64,000 nucleotides of DNA. Source: Ptychomitrium polyphyllum (taxonomy: Eukaryota). The stretch covers positions 3,410,001 to 3,474,000 of the forward strand of contig OZ316775.1 of the NCBI GenBank assembly GCA_973851085.1, written 5' to 3'. Positions within the stretch are counted from its first letter, which is position 1. Every line of letters begins with the position of its first letter. The notes below the pieces were generated by a model. The model had not been told where the DNA came from. It searched no databases and saw only the letters and a program-made list of their open reading frames with translations. Positions 38,681-53,765 of the stretch are shown one piece after another. The translations under genes and the position numbers were made by a program.

Positions 38681-39896
38681 GGTATGACACAGTGTTGAAG
38701 TGGCATTTCGAGGATGTTGGTCTCTTGGTGCTGTTGGAGCGTTCGCGCGGTCGTTCTGGTCCTACTGCTGCGTTGCTTGAGATTCGTGAGACGGTGTTAT
38801 GTGTTGCACGCTTCGTTCCGGGTGGAAGCAAGTGTTGGAGCGATCTTCTTTGTGAGGCGATCGGGGACTCGATCGCCGGTTAGTGAATGTTTCTGAAGGT
38901 CTGCATACTCGTGCGAATTCTAAGAGCACGACGTATGAATCGCTCAGTTGCTTTGGTACGGTCAGTGTCGTGATGTTGTCCCTTTAAATCGTCTTCATGT
39001 TTCTGTAAGGGTTTTAGTGTGGGTTCAAAACGGAGGAGTATGTCATTGCATTTCTGGAGGATGTAATTCTGACGTTTCTGAAATTTTCTTTTGTCATTAG
39101 GGCGCTGCTTTTTCGACATTCTAACTGTGTGTGCACACTCCGATAATTTTGTTTTATTACGCCAAGAGAGAGCCGAGCAAAATGAGTGTTAGGTAATACA
39201 TTATTTTGATCGCATGGCAGTGAATCCAAGAAACTAACGCGTCTGCGGTATAGGAGGACATATAGCGTATCCCTGATACATCTGCATGAATTTTATGTCA
39301 TCCAGATTAGAAGACTTAGTTGACCGTTATGTAAGACTTGCTTTTCTAACTAATTGCTCTAGTATATACTTGTACAAACGCTTGGTACATTTCATCATTT
39401 CCGGTGTTGGAGTGGTCTCACCCTACTATACCTATTGTAGGTGGTTGACCTTCTGATTTGAGCTCGTCATTGCATCAGAAAATGAAAGAAGTAGACGTGT
39501 TACGAGAGGTTACATTACCACTTCGACAGAAAGCCTCTTGCGAATCATACTTGACAGATATATGCGTAATAAGATGCTTGATGACGTGAAAGCAAACACC
39601 TAATGATGTTCAATTTGGTCTTCTCAGCTGCGCTAAGAATTCAGGTGCTAGCTCTTGTTAAAAATTGAGTGCGTTTCAGTTCCCAATACTTATCTGCAGC
39701 GGATTTTCTCTTTTGTCCGTGTTTTTCACTGACTGAATGTCCATGTTGGTGCTAGGTTGTAGAGCGCGGCAGGAAGGGTGTGTGCATGTACAGGAGAACC
39801 GCTGAACTTTCTGTCCGAACCAGTGTTACATCTGCAGTCCAGCCTTCGTATGGCGTGATGCAGATGTGATTGATCTCATGCATAAGCATAGTAATC

Positions 39897-42800
39897 ATGA
39901 GTCCTTCCTTGCCGGAAGCTCTTTTCGAGCTCTCAATTCAGCAAGACCTCCCTCCTGCACCAAACGCTGGGCCACAATGTGCAGATTGGTTGCCACGATT
40001 TGCTGGCTCAAGCTGGTTGGCATATGCTGCTAGCAGTGCGGTTGTGGTTGCAACTGCGGCTTCCCCGTTAAATCCTGGAGAATCCTCTTCCGGCCGTTTT
40101 TTTCAGCAGGTAAGATCATGAAGCTCAATGACAAAGATTTGGAAATTCTTTATCGTTGAAATCAAAGGCTTGGAAAATAACCGTTATACGGTGCTGGCAA
40201 GTGTGAAAGTTGTTAGGTGGATCGTATGTATTTTAACTTAGAAATGAATGTCACGAGCCCAAATATTTCAGTAGACCATAGGAGCAAATAGTATGTGGAT
40301 ATTCAAGATCGAGATATGTTAGGTGATCCTTCCGTATTTAGATTGCTGGTAGTTTTTTTCCAGAGAAATCTCTATGTCAACAGTTTAGTGAATCCTTCGT
40401 TACAGTACTCTGTTTTTTCAGGTTCTTGAAACACGTTCGAGTAATTACGAAGACAACTGCAATGGAAGGAACTTGGTGACAAGTGTAGGATGGGCACCCG
40501 TGGGCCCTTCCGTTGGTCAGCTGGCAGCTGTAGCTGGCAAAGCTATACACTTGTATTCTCCCATGAATTTGGCAAGAGCTGCTACAACCGGCTCTTTAAC
40601 CTCAGGTCTTTACCCGGGCTTGTTGAAGTGCACACTGTAGTCAGATTATATATACTTATTAGTGTCTAGCTATTCCTTCAGTTCTTAGTTTCTTAAAGAT
40701 GAAAATGCCGGTTTGTTTTTATCGATGTAGGGATTGTCCAGCTGGTTTTTATAATGGCCTGAAGTGGATGCTCTTGCCTAAACTTCTACTGTAGGTGGTC
40801 TAAAATTACTGGTCTAATGTCTGCAGAAATTCCTTTGGCGTGGGAAACGAAACAGGTTTTGCAACACAGATTTCAGGTTCTTACATTTTCGTGGACCGAG
40901 TCAGGAGATGGTTTACTATCTGCTGGATCAGATATCACAATGTGGAAACGGGGTGAATCAGGCTTTTCAGTGCTCTGGCAAGTCCAGCCTACTATACCCC
41001 AAGCATATGCCGCTTCGTCATGGTCCTCCGTTGGTTTGGTAGCTACGGCAGATGGAATACTAGAGATGCATGATATTTCAATTTCAAAGGAGGAGTGTAC
41101 AAAAGATGTTAAAACTTTGAACTCATTGAAAGGAAAATCAACAGTGTGGTGGTGGCAAGAGGGGCAAGAAATTCAAGAGATTGAGTTACAACATCCTTCC
41201 GAAGTGTCAATGATCCAGTGGAGGCCGTCAAATGGTTATGGTGAAGATCCATACACTTACCGGCCTGTGCTTCTTACATCTTCTAGAGACGGCTGTGTAC
41301 GCCTATGGCTGGACATGGAAGGTCCGAGCTATTTGAGTTTCTGTTTTGGAGATAGTCATGAACTGAAAAAGAAACCCACTTTTACCATGGCTGCTATGAT
41401 TGCCGTGAACTCCTGCTTGGATGGAGTTTTGGGACATGATATCTTTGTGACCTGGGCTAGTGAGAGCAGGACCGGGAGCACCTCCGAGGAGAAGAGGCAC
41501 GCAGTTGGAAACAACTATGCAAGAAAGCGAGATCTGGCACCTTGTGAGTGGTTGGTGGGAGTTGGGCCTCTTGGCAAAGTTGCACTATGGTCAATTCATA
41601 GTCTGGATGATATACTACCTACACGTTCTCCACGAATTACTCTTTGGCATCAAGGGGATGATGTATTGTCTCGGCCATCTACACTTTATCCGTTACGAGG
41701 AGAGGATCCTGATCTTGCTATGGATCGATTGATGATGAAGGCTGTTGTTCAGAGACCTGAAGGTACATTAGCAGTCGCTCCTTCATCACTGGATCTTTTT
41801 GAAGCTCTTCCTGGTGGGCATTTCCGATGGTCCCGTCTATGGCCACCTGTTTCTGCTATAGGAACTGGAGGTGGTCACGTTGGCTCAGGAGCACAGACAA
41901 CAAGAAACAAAAGCGCATGGGGTGTATCATCAGAAGTTATTCACCTAGATGGTCATCGTGGTGCTATCGTCCAGGTTGCTCTTCATCCTAGCCCCACGGT
42001 TGCACTTGCCGCTTCTGTTGATAACCAAGGAGTTATCTTATTGTGGGACCTATCTGCATGGGCTAGTCCCCAGGTCAAGGTTATGAGCTCACAAACTTTA
42101 GGTTGGAAATTGGCTGGTCAAATCTCAGGCCTTCAAAAGTCCACTCCTTTGTCTTATCATCGGATTGCATGGGCACCTTCATCATTGCCCGAGGGTAGGG
42201 CTATATTGCTTGCCGGTGACATCCTAAAAATCGACTGCTTTTTAGTTGGCAGGAGTGATTCCCAACGGAAGACTGATACTTCTATTCTCTCTGATTACCT
42301 GTACTCGTTAAATTGTCCTGCCTTTAGTGAAGGGGACTACCTCCATGCCTTTAGTGCAATTCCAATGCCATTAAATGCTTTCCAGCAGGTTGCTGAAGAT
42401 AGAAGTTTTATTATCATAGGAACTGACGGCGGGGGTGGGATTTTAGCTTCATGGGTAGTGCAGTTACAAGTGACTGCGCTCTCGGATAGTAGCCAAGACG
42501 ATAAGGTTGCAGCAGTAGGCATACAAGACGATATGAAACCGGAGGGTGAGGGAAATCTTTGCGATCCTGACTCCAAGTTCCAGTATCTGGAAAAGTCGGG
42601 TTATATGCTTTATGCAGGTTCCCTTGCCTCTCAGGAGCGAATATACATAAAAGACAGCTTTATAGGGTCTGTAAATTTCGATGGTGGACGGCGTGTGACG
42701 AGCATGGCTGTCGTTTCAGGATTTATCAAAGGCTCTTTGTCAACTTACCTAGAGGTGTACGAGAAGGCCCACCCGTACGACATCTTGACGGGTTGTGCAG

Positions 42801-45800
42801 ATGGTAGTATTAGGTTGTATAAAGTTTCCTCCTCTCAGACACATGAGTCTTACTCAGTTATGTCCCAAACTGGGTCATTCTTCTGGCAATGCATAGGTGT
42901 TGTCCAAGCTCACTCAAGCTCAGTGATTATAACTGCTACAACTGCTTCTGGTGAAAAAATCGCCTCGGTTGGAGACGCAGAGCACAACAAAACAGTCAAG
43001 ATCTGGGAGGTTGACAGCTGCAATGAGGATGGTGAATTTGAATTTGAGAGTCAAATAACGCTGTCACAAACCATAGTTGCATTGAGCTGGATGAATGCAG
43101 GCATGGGTTCTGTACTCCTAGCTGTTGCAACTAAATTTGATTTGTTCATTTATGTTCAAGGTAGGCCACCTTCCCAGAAGGAGGTTTCAAGATCTACAGC
43201 TTGGATCTGCCTAGCCTCCTTCTCATACAATACTGTGATTGATCACCTTCTATGGAGTTTTCAGGGTTCACCTATACTGTCATCACAAGGCCACATCTGG
43301 GTGTTCAGCCCCTGGATTTGTGCGAAGATGAAATCAAGTTGTGGTAACGGTAATATGGTTTTTCCAGTTGAAGTAACTACTCAGTCAGATGCTTGCAATT
43401 CATATCGTCTTCTTCAAGCTGCGGAAGTGCTTGTCTCTCCTTTGGCAGATTATCATCCTACTGCGCTTTTTTGGAGCCTGTATAAAGGTGAGGACATTTT
43501 CAACATTATCTTTCATGATGGTTGTTACGCTTGGTGTTTCAGTGCTTTTTAGCTTTAATTTTGGGACATTGATTGGCGACGCAAGGAAAGGTTGCTACAC
43601 AGGAATGTTCTAAGATGTTCATTTTGGGTAATCTGTACATCCTTTTCTGCTTTCGCTGAAATGTGATTTTGGTAACATATTCAAAAATTGCTATTACCTT
43701 TCTTTTTCGGGAAAGGCATGACCTATGACGATGTAATGCTTGCAGGAGACATATCACGAGCTCGAGCATGTATTCGTCATCTTTCTCACCACTTGGCAGC
43801 TACTACTGTAAAACCTGCTGCAAAACACAATGAACGATGTGTTTTCCACAGTATCGATCAAGGTCACATTCGTATCCCTCGCATAGGGTTGGCCAAACTT
43901 CTTCAAAAAGATGCGTCAATCATGGCGCAAGCACCAGAAAATCCAGCTTCTGTGTACAACACAAGCCTTGGTTTCATGCAAAGTTCAATTACTCAGTCGA
44001 GGCCTCCGAACGTTAGTGATAAGTACTCATTCCTGAACAATACCTCATGGTTGGACGACTTTTCAGATGAACTTAGTAAGGTGAAGCCATTAAGGAGTAC
44101 TCTGTCACAAGACGCTGTAAAGGCCGGTGGTTCAGAGCCTTTCTCTAAAAATGAGATGGAGGCCATTGTACAGTTTATAGAAGGTGGCAAAAGTGTTTTG
44201 CAGCTTTCCGATGTAGAATTGAAGCAAGTGCTTGCACTGGTGGAAGTGGTGGGAGAGATGGACGGTGTCACACAGGCTGCACAATGTGCAGGTCTGGACC
44301 TTTCTGGACAAAGGTGAGGTGACTGTGAGGTTGGAATTCTGATCTCGCTAATCATGGAGCGCTTAAACCCTTACTGAGGCATATTTTAAAAAAAAATTTA
44401 GTTGTCCCGAGATATCTGCAACGTGAAGAGCTTGGCAGTGATTAAGGTGATCCATTTTGCTGTGATTCAGATTTTGGCTGGCGCGTCGGTACAACTGTTT
44501 ACTTGCGTCCCAGTCAAGTGGGAAACAGAGAGATGTACAAGGTATACAAGTGGATTCAGAAGCGTTGGCATGGGCTTTGCAATCTGATACTAAGGAAACT
44601 CTGCTGGATATATGCGCTTCTGAGCAATCATTATGGCCAGAATTACGTGCACTAGGTGTTGGCTTTTGGTTTGTTGATGCTGTCCCTCTCAGGAAAAAGG
44701 TCTGTATTATACTAACTAAACTTCTATTATTTTACTTTATTGTTTGGGTCCTTTGTACCAGTCGATGTTACAAGATGAGAACTGTCCGCTTACGTTTATT
44801 AGTTATTGAAGTTGACATGAGATTGATAGAACAGGTGTAAGATATGTATTGGCAGTCGTATGGATGGTTTTGGAAATCATAAGATTTCCTGCTGATTGGA
44901 ATGAGAATACAGATGGATAAAGTGGCTCGGCTACAATTCATGGCAAGCAGAGATGCCAAAGACAGTGCTTTGCTGTATATAGCTCTGGAGCGACGTACTA
45001 TATTGGCTGGTCTTTTTAAAATAAGTAAAGATGAGCGTGATAGACCCCTTGTAGACTTCATGGCTCGAGACTTTCGAGTAAGTGATCTGCCCCTTTGGTC
45101 AAAGATAGATGCAAACTTTATCTTTTATATGTTTGTTTTTCGAACGTGTTCACTTTTATTCAACATCACTTCAACACCACAGTTCAGTATTATAATGTCT
45201 TCCATATAGTATGGCATATGATGGTAATGTTAAGGATGTACTACAATCCAATTTATTGCAGCTCAGTTGTTGGATGTATCTGTACCTGGTTTCTTTAGCT
45301 CATTCTTGATGCAATTTCACTGCTTCATTGTGGCTGGTAGGAAGAGAAGCACAAGGCAGCTGCTCTCAAGAATGCATATGTTTTGATGGGAAAGCATAGA
45401 CATGAGTTAGCTGCAGCGTTTTTTCTACTGGGTGGAGATATTGAGTCTGCGGTGTCCATCTGCACTAGGAACCTGGAGGATCCGCAGCTTGGGTTGGTTG
45501 TGTGTCGTCTTATAGAGGGCCCTGATGGTCCTATTGGACGTAAACTGATTAGCAAACATGTTCTCCCTGGCGCTGTAAGGGCTGGGGATTACTGGCTTGC
45601 AAGTCTTTGCCAGGTTTGTTATTCTGTTCTTGTTAATAGTTGTGACAAAATATTCTGTTTTTGTACAATTGCCACGGTTTTGCTTGATGTTTAGTGTTTC
45701 TATAACGAAAGTATATATTTCTTCTATCGATTTTGACAATTTGGTGCATCGTTTCCATCTCTAAAAAGTGTGGAATATCTTCTGTCATGCAGTGGTTATT

Positions 45801-48800
45801 AGGCAATGGAATTCAGACTATGCAGGAAGTTATATCTGGCTTCCAGCTTTCTGTATCCCCCGAAGACAAGCAGGAGAATACGACTGACATTCAAAGAACC
45901 AGTAGCTATATTCCTTTGAATCCTGGTGTAGCAGATTACTGTACAGTGCTGGTATTAAAACCTCGTTTGCTCCGTGAACCTCAAAGAGAGAAATTAACTG
46001 CTATCTCAAAGCAAGCCACACTACGATCTTCTTTAGCACTGAAGAAAATTGGTCTTCCTGTAAGGTTCCATCAATATTATTGTACAGTGGAAGTATTTTC
46101 AAATTGTTTTTCTGTAGTAGGGTGTTGAGGTCCCTGGTATTGAAACATTGTAGGACCTAATGTCATTGTTAAGATTGTGCAATTCACTAAGCAGTCCACT
46201 GTTAAGTTTGGAGTACTCTTATTTTCCTGTGATTTGAACTGTCCTTATTGACCTTGTGTGCTGTCTCAGCTACAAGCACTTGAGCTTATGACAGCCAGCT
46301 CTGGTGTGAAGATTATTACTGAAAATGGTCATCATGAGGTCCCTCCAACCAACACAGGCTTCAATCTGGATCTTGTAGAACATGAAACCTCTTCAAATGA
46401 ATTCAATCGAGCGAACTGGTTTCTTCCTGAACTGGTTGAAGATATCCACGAACTTGCAAAACAGAACCTTGCTCTCGAGTGTATGTCAGAATTGGTGCAG
46501 GAATATTCGGATTGGGCAGTCGTTCTACAAAATTCTTCACGTAGGCTTTCAGATATACGTGAGGGCGACGAACCCTCCAGTAGTGCTGAGGTGGGATTTG
46601 CACCCTTAGAAGAAGCAGAGGATAAGATTGAAGAAGGGGTTGAGGCATTGAAAAGCACTTTCTCTCTAGATGGCTCCGCCATTATATCCAGGGTATGTTG
46701 CTCAAACACTCTATTTTGGAATTCTCTCTGTATTCTTAGGAACCCTTGGTTAAAGTGCAAGACAGGCACTGTTGTCAGGCTGTGGAATGATTTAGGGCTG
46801 AAATATCTGCAGGATATGCAAGTCGTAATGTGCCTTTATTTTTTGTGGATATTTTCAGATGCTTTTGAGCTTCAAATTTCTAGAAATATTGAATTTTGGA
46901 CATATACTGATAGTAAATCTGTTAATTATACTATTCTCACTTTATTTGTCAATATGCTGATGACAGGTTGTGACATGGGCCTTAAATCATCACCGCTTGT
47001 ATGTCTATTATCGTCTACTATTTGCACAGCACGCAGGATTTAAATATCCAGATCAGAAGTTCAGTTTAAGCTCTGGAGTAGGTTTGTCTTTGAAATCCGA
47101 CATTTTGGGGTCAGTATGGAAAGAAGCTCCTTGGGCACTCGCTCGGATGATTCTGGCTTGTGGTGGCTCAGTTTTCGCATTGGCTAACAGCATGTCGAAA
47201 CTGCCTACCTGGAAATCGATGATGCCAAGCGAGCAGATTGAGGAACTTGTACGGTATGGAGGAGAGCTACAGAAACTTTCAAGCTTATTAAGTGGATATA
47301 GTAGTCCTACGGGAGTTTGGCCAAATGTGAACCTAGCACCTGTGGGAAACGAAGGCCTGAAGAAGAAAATTCAAAGAGCAATGATCCTCGTATCATTTGT
47401 ATACTATGTGAGCGCAGCGTGGCTGGGAAAAAATGGGAAAGCTCTTGTTTCCTTAGTTGGGCCGACAATTAGCGACCCCACAAAGGCCCCAGAAGTACCC
47501 AAAACAAATACTAGTGTGAAATGGTTTCAAGATCTCTGCTCTCAATCTAACGAAGAACAAATTAATTTGAAGAGGTCTACAGTTCCTGGGGACACAGGTG
47601 CAGTCGTAGTACCCGAGGAGGAAGTATGGCGAGTTACTGGTGTTGCTCTTTGGGTTCACATGGTCGCTTATATCAAGAAGCAGTTGGCAGGAACGGGAAA
47701 GGATACTGGTTACAGTGGGTTTGGCCGTGTTTCAGTTCCCCAAGCCCCATCCAAAGGTTCAGTGAACTTGCCTTCAACTAGTACTGTTAGACCTGCCCAG
47801 GCCCCCTCCACATCTTCATCGAGTCGGTTGGTGGCGACCTTCATGGGTCTTGGTATACAGTCCACATCTTCTGTTCCCTCCACAGCATGGTCCGAAATAA
47901 AAAACAAGATGCGGGATGATACTCAAGCGGCAATGAATAGCTCCTCAGCTTCAAGTGACCAAGATGTAGGCAGAGTGGCTGAAAGTCCAAGGTCAAGCAG
48001 GAATTATGGAGACCTTTATTTGTCTCTACTTAGTTCTTTAGGATGCATAGCTTCCGGTCTTCAACAGCAATTAGCTGCGCATCTGCAACACTTGTTGGAA
48101 GTTAATGGAATCAGCGACCCCTTGGTAATTTGGCTTTGGGGGAAGCACTCTGATTTGAAGATAGATGGTTCGAATTCTCCAACAATGGGAACATCTGCAA
48201 ATAAGCCAGCAAGTACCGGCGATGGAAGGCAACCATTGCCAGTTGAATATCCAGAAATCCAGCTGGGAGGAGATGATGAATCAAGTAAGGAACTTTGGAG
48301 GCTTCTTGTTGTAAGGGAAAGTGTTCGATCCACTCTGGCAATGGAAGGTGTGATCGGGCCTACATCTAGGACGATAAGGGTGAAAGCGGGTGACTGGAGA
48401 GAAGCAAGAAGGAGGTCCGCTCTCTCAGCTATTGAGATAGATGAGTATGCCTCGGCAGCCTCTCCAGTCAAGATTGGTGGAATTGCTGACAAAGCTCTTG
48501 CTGTGGATGCTACTGGAGAGGCTGAAGGATCCGAAGGACGTTATGTACCAGAATTTCAGAAGCCCGAAATCATGTTTTCCTTGAGCGGCGAGCTTATTGA
48601 GGTGAAGATTTCCACTAATGCATCATTTTATCAATCATTCAGATATTGATATTCTGAGTATGCCTTGCGGTAGGTCTTAGAGTCGCAAAGAAATTGAGCT
48701 TACTTTAAAAATAGCAATTTTTTTAATTGAATGTTGTTCTGGAGTTCGACTTTCTGTTAATCTGGATAAGCATCTGGTGAGAAAAACGAAGTGCTTGCTA

Positions 48801-51800
48801 GTCTGACTGTTTACATTGTTGTGGGCTGTGTGTTAGGCATTTTGTGTAAATTCTTGTAACCCAGATCAAGTTGTTCTCGCCACCAATCGCAAGGTATTTT
48901 ATTTCGTAACCTTATTGAGGTCAGTTGTTCGCTGTGCATACAAATTTGAGACTGATTTGTTGATTAAAGTATTGAACCCACCCTCTTTTAGAAGTATTGA
49001 ATTAAATATTTGAATAATTAGAAGTAGCATGTAAACAGAAGCAGCATATAAGAACGTCAATAATCTGATTAAAGAGATGTAACTTTTAATATGACAGAAG
49101 AGTTTCCTTTGCCTTTCAATATAGCAGAACAAAGTTCAAGGAACACGATCCTCTGTTGCAGCAGCTGTGATGTTGCCTAGTCAAGGTTAAGCACCTGTTG
49201 CCAGCAAGAATTGGAGGTCATGACTTACATTCTTAAATGCTCGTATTTAATCTTCCTCTTCAACCTGCTCTTTTTTATTGGTAGAGCTGAGCACAAATCG
49301 AAGAGGAATTTACGAAGCATCTTGTACATGTTCAAAGAAGGTTGTTTATTACAAATTCCTGCCTAAGAATTTGCATGTAATGTTACTGTGACCTTCATTT
49401 GCAGGGTCTCATGTATCTCGATCTGCACACACGTGGACCATTCACCGAGACCTCTGAATCGATGTTGGAGCAACGTGACTGGCCTAGAAGTAGCTGGGCA
49501 GGAGCAGTGTCCACTCCAGGGTCTAATCTGAAAAGCCAAAGAAGTTCAAGTTCAAGTTTGGGTGGTCCTGCGGCAGGTGCGACTCTGAAATCAGGAAAAG
49601 AATCTGTGAAGGCGGGGGGTGTTGCATTTGGTATGCCAGGATATGGAGGCATGGGTGCTTGGGGCGGCTGGGAGGACTGGGACGATGCTGATAGTGTCGT
49701 GGACCCAATTGCCACTGTTGAGAATGTGAGAACTAAAGCATTGGCAGCTCATCCATCCCAACCTATTTTCTTAGTTGGATCAAATAACACACATGTCTAC
49801 CTTTGGGAGGTATATACACCACAAACATCTCCTGATATCATTTGCACTGTGTCTTGTATCTCTCGTAGTTCAAATGTATTTGGTTGCGTTAATCGAAGCG
49901 CACTAGTGAGAATCTGGCATATCTGACTCAATCCAGGTTACCTTGATTTAAACCTAACGCAGCACATGGGACCATAATATGTTTGTAACCTGAATGTAAT
50001 CACTGCAAGTTGATATTTTTATGGCAGAATCATATAAATTAGACAACTGACGTTTGTGATGGTGTATTTATAGTACGGAAAGCCAAGTGCAACAGCAACC
50101 TATGGCGTGTTACCAGCAGCCAACATGCCACCACCGTATGTCATTCCTTCTGTTGCTACAGTTAGATTTGATTCAGGTGGACACCGCTTCGTGACAGCAG
50201 CTATGGATGGTACTGTATCCACCTGGCAGGTTGAAGTCGGAGGGCGCAGCAATGTTCGCCCCACGGAATCTTGTCTCTTCTTCGGCACCCATGCCTCGTA
50301 AGAACACGTGTGAAAAAGTATTAGAATTTCAATTTTTACATTATGTGGTTGGTATTGTGATTTTCTGGGAAAGTCGTGAGCTTTGCCTAGTTATCGTTGT
50401 CCTGCAAACAAAAACTTCGTGTTAATAAGCATGTATAATGTCATTTATGTAGATTTTGACGACCTTCACCTTTGGAGGCAACTGCAAGATGCTTTGAATG
50501 AAAATCGGATCTCTACCTTGGACAGTCAATATGATAATCAGTTGATTCAGGACAGGACATCCCTAAATATTATGTTCAGGAAACCCGGTATTCGTATACG
50601 CAGTTTGATGTTACTTTGAAGTCTTTGTCAGTTCTCTTCACCGCTTGCATTGTGGCAGGGATGCAACATTTATTGTTGGCAGCAGTTCACTGGTAGCTGC
50701 CACGGGAATGACCAATACTGGGAACAACTTGATAGCATGGGACATCTTAGCACCTCCCAGTTCAAATCGCCAATCTATTTCTTGCCATGAAGGTATGTAA
50801 CTGAATTACGATCATGTATGTCCTTTGTTACATCTGTTGACGTCAATATTCGGGATCTGCTTTTTATTGCCCTAATACCTCAGTATCATTATGTAAATAA
50901 TACAAGAGATGTATATCCCTGAAAATGTTATGAATCTTAACATCTACTGAAGCATAGGAGATGCCAAAGTTATGGATTCTGGACAAACATGAGTAGAATG
51001 TTGCTCTTTCTCTTGACAACTGTGTTCTTGTGTACTAATCTGCACTTTCCAACGTACACTAAGCTGATACTCGAACCAGATGGTTTTGACAAAGGGGTAT
51101 GGTGGCTACAGGAGGGGCTCGCTGCATTGCTTCCTTGGATGTAGGGGTTGGAGGGAGTTCCACCTCGCCTTGGATAGTGAGTGGAGGAAAGGGAGGTGAC
51201 ATAGCCATTCACGACTTTCGGTACATCCTGTCAAAGAAAGGCAAACGACCACAATCGCCCTTATTGTCGAGCTCCAAGAATGGTGTGGGCGAGGATGGAA
51301 AGAATGGGATGCTTTGGCATGTCCCCAAGGCTCACGCAGGTAACTTTTAACCTTAGGTTTTATATACGGAGACAATTGGATTACGAGAAGCTGCCATGTT
51401 CATGTCCAGCCTTGAGATTTGAATGAAGCTTGGTATTGAGATTTGCAGGAGTGAAAAGAATGCTTTCGTAAGACTTCAATTTTTTCTCCGTACGAAAGTC
51501 AGTTGTTTTGACGTTTAAGAACGATGTCAACTGATACAGGAAGCGTTACAAGAGCTACTGCAGTCCCAGGTACACCATACTTCTTTACCGGAAGCAAAGA
51601 TGGTGAGATAAAGCTCTGGGATGTGAGCGCGAGGTCAATGGTGGGCCACTGGCAAAAAGTACATGAGCGGCATACGTTTCTTCAAGTTAACACACGGAGC
51701 TTGGGCTCCATAATCCAAGTAAGCTTTTTGCTGCATCTTGACTGTAACCTGTCTGACTGCGAGGAATTATATCGTCTCAAATTGATTTGTTTGTTCTTGA

Positions 51801-52151
51801 GCGTTCAGATTGGTCAAATGTCTATCCTGGGGTATCTTACCGATAATCCGCTTCTGTGTTAGTTTCTTGTTCTTGCATGGGTTAAACATATAACAACTAA
51901 CTTGTGAGTAAATTTGGTCAATTATGATGTGTGCTAAACATGCATCGAACATTGTTTTAAAAAGAGTTCTGAGAATTGTATCAGTTGAAAAATACATTCT
52001 CGTCCCATATGATCAGGGTTTGCATTGGTGATCTAATTATATTCCCACTTACTGATTGCAGCAAGCAGCAGTAACTGATATTCAACCAACTGTGGATGGA
52101 TACTTATCCTGTGGCGGTGATGGCACTGTCAAGTTGTTCAAACACCAATAG
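39897..52151 (+). CDS. DmX-like / Rav1 (rabconnectin-3alpha-like) large WD40-repeat protein, ~2644 aa, 17 exons
   Basis: Exons 39897-40109, 40422-40605, 40827-43487, 43746-44313, 44471-44699, 44913-45077, 45341-45613, 45793-46059, 46270-46692, 46967-48601, 48837-48893, 49405-49809, 50074-50297, 50659-50792, 51112-51339, 51540-51718 and 52062-52151 are all GT-AG and in phase (7935 nt). It has N- and C-terminal WD40 repeats, the Rav1p_C-type signature AAALKNAYVLMGKHRHELAAAFFLLGGD...DPQLGLVVCRLIEG, and WPELRALGVGFW. Confidence 0.92.
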
Positions 52152-53739
52152 GATGTATCACCAAGCTGCTCTGTCGTGTGATTCTTCGATGAGAAGTTCT
52201 GTCGGCACTCTTGCATCTCATATTCTCAAGTCATGAGAAACATGAGGCTTATCACCATTTTTTGTAGTTTAGATTCTTTCATTCCCCGGCTGAAGTAGTT
52301 CCGTGTTACTTCAGGGCGATTACCTGCCCATTGTACCATTCTGTAAGGGTTGTTGGAGTTGCCATTGAAATGATGTTCATTCGCATCCTTGGTAGGTCGA
52401 TATTCGGGAGAGATTATGAGTAACTAGGTGATTCTTATGTCAGTAGCTGACATGTCAAATAATACGAATCTATGTATATCATGTTAACATGATAAACAGT
52501 CAATGATTATGATGTAAATTGATGCGCCATTACATTGTGCCAATGCAGCACTGACTTTTGTACCACGTGAGTTTCTACATTTGAGCATTGGGTTTTTTGA
52601 TCGATGCAGCTTTTTTCATTAATCAATGTTGAGTTGGGTGACATCAAGTAGAAGATCGGGCGCTTTAACATTTACTTGTGTTACCAACTCGGGGAGAGTT
52701 TGCTGCACCGAACTACACCGGTATTTGAATTGTAACGCCAGCGTCTGTTTTCTCGTATCTCAACCTGAGGGGACTCACTGGCGTGGGTTTGGTATAATGG
52801 TATGTACCTAGAGTGATTACGTAGGTCAGTTAAAATCGAACGGAAAAATCGTTCTGAACTCTGTAAATTGTTGTGCAGGACGTCTTAGGACTTGTTGTCA
52901 AGGAAGCCAGGTCATCTCATGTCTCATGGATGTATTGCTCTAAAAGTTTACACAAATAGTGCATGTTCTCATATGTGCTAGCATAATCTCCGTCAAACAT
53001 TCTAGAACCTATGCTAAGGCTAAGGCGACCCTCCATTTAGGAATCGATATAGGAATACAATTGTATTCGTAAATAAGCTTGTTGGATCACGTATGACAAA
53101 TGGTCAACATGCAAATTCCAATAGAGGGATGTTCTAGCATGTTACGACGGTGGAAAATCAACGACAAAATAACAATGAGGACATGTGGCAGTGAACATCT
53201 TCGAAGATATGAGTTTTATTCGGTAAATTGGTACATAAACTCCTTGAATCCTTAACAAAATGAGGTTTTGACGATGCGATTGTACCTTCCGTTGGTGGAT
53301 TCACAAACACGTCATAAGAGAATGACAGCTTTGAGGTCTTTGATAAATATGCAGTTATGCACTTTCCAGTGTAGCAGAGCCGCAGAGCCTGAAACCTTAC
53401 AGGCAGCCTTAGGATCAGACGTTCTTGAAGTAGGGACTGGCTGTCAGTAGAAGGCAGTGATTATTATAACCTCTCACCGCCCTTCTGCGTTCCTGGGCTT
53501 CGTCCCTGCAGCCTCAAGAATCCATCTCAACACAAGTTATTCCATCCACATCAGGCACTTTGTGAGAGAAGGGATGCTTGTAAAATAAGCATCTCTTACC
53601 TTTGCTTATTATGGAATTGGTATTTTAGAGTCAACTCTTGCTCTTGCATTGTGAACTGATAACATAACAAGGAAACTGCAAGGGAACACTTACTTCAGCA
53701 GTTGGGATGGGGCACTGTCGAGGCAATAGCATTGACTTT

Positions 53740-53765
53740 AAAGGCAAAGGCAAAGGCAAAGGCAA
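53740..53765. repeat. (AAAGGC)4 microsatellite
   Basis: aaaggcaaaggcaaaggcaaaggcaa. Confidence 0.85.

Noticed and set aside
38297..38896. Several 60-147 aa ORFs in the CpG island
   Set aside because: This is GC-rich promoter/5'UTR sequence of the DmX-like gene with no protein-family signal.
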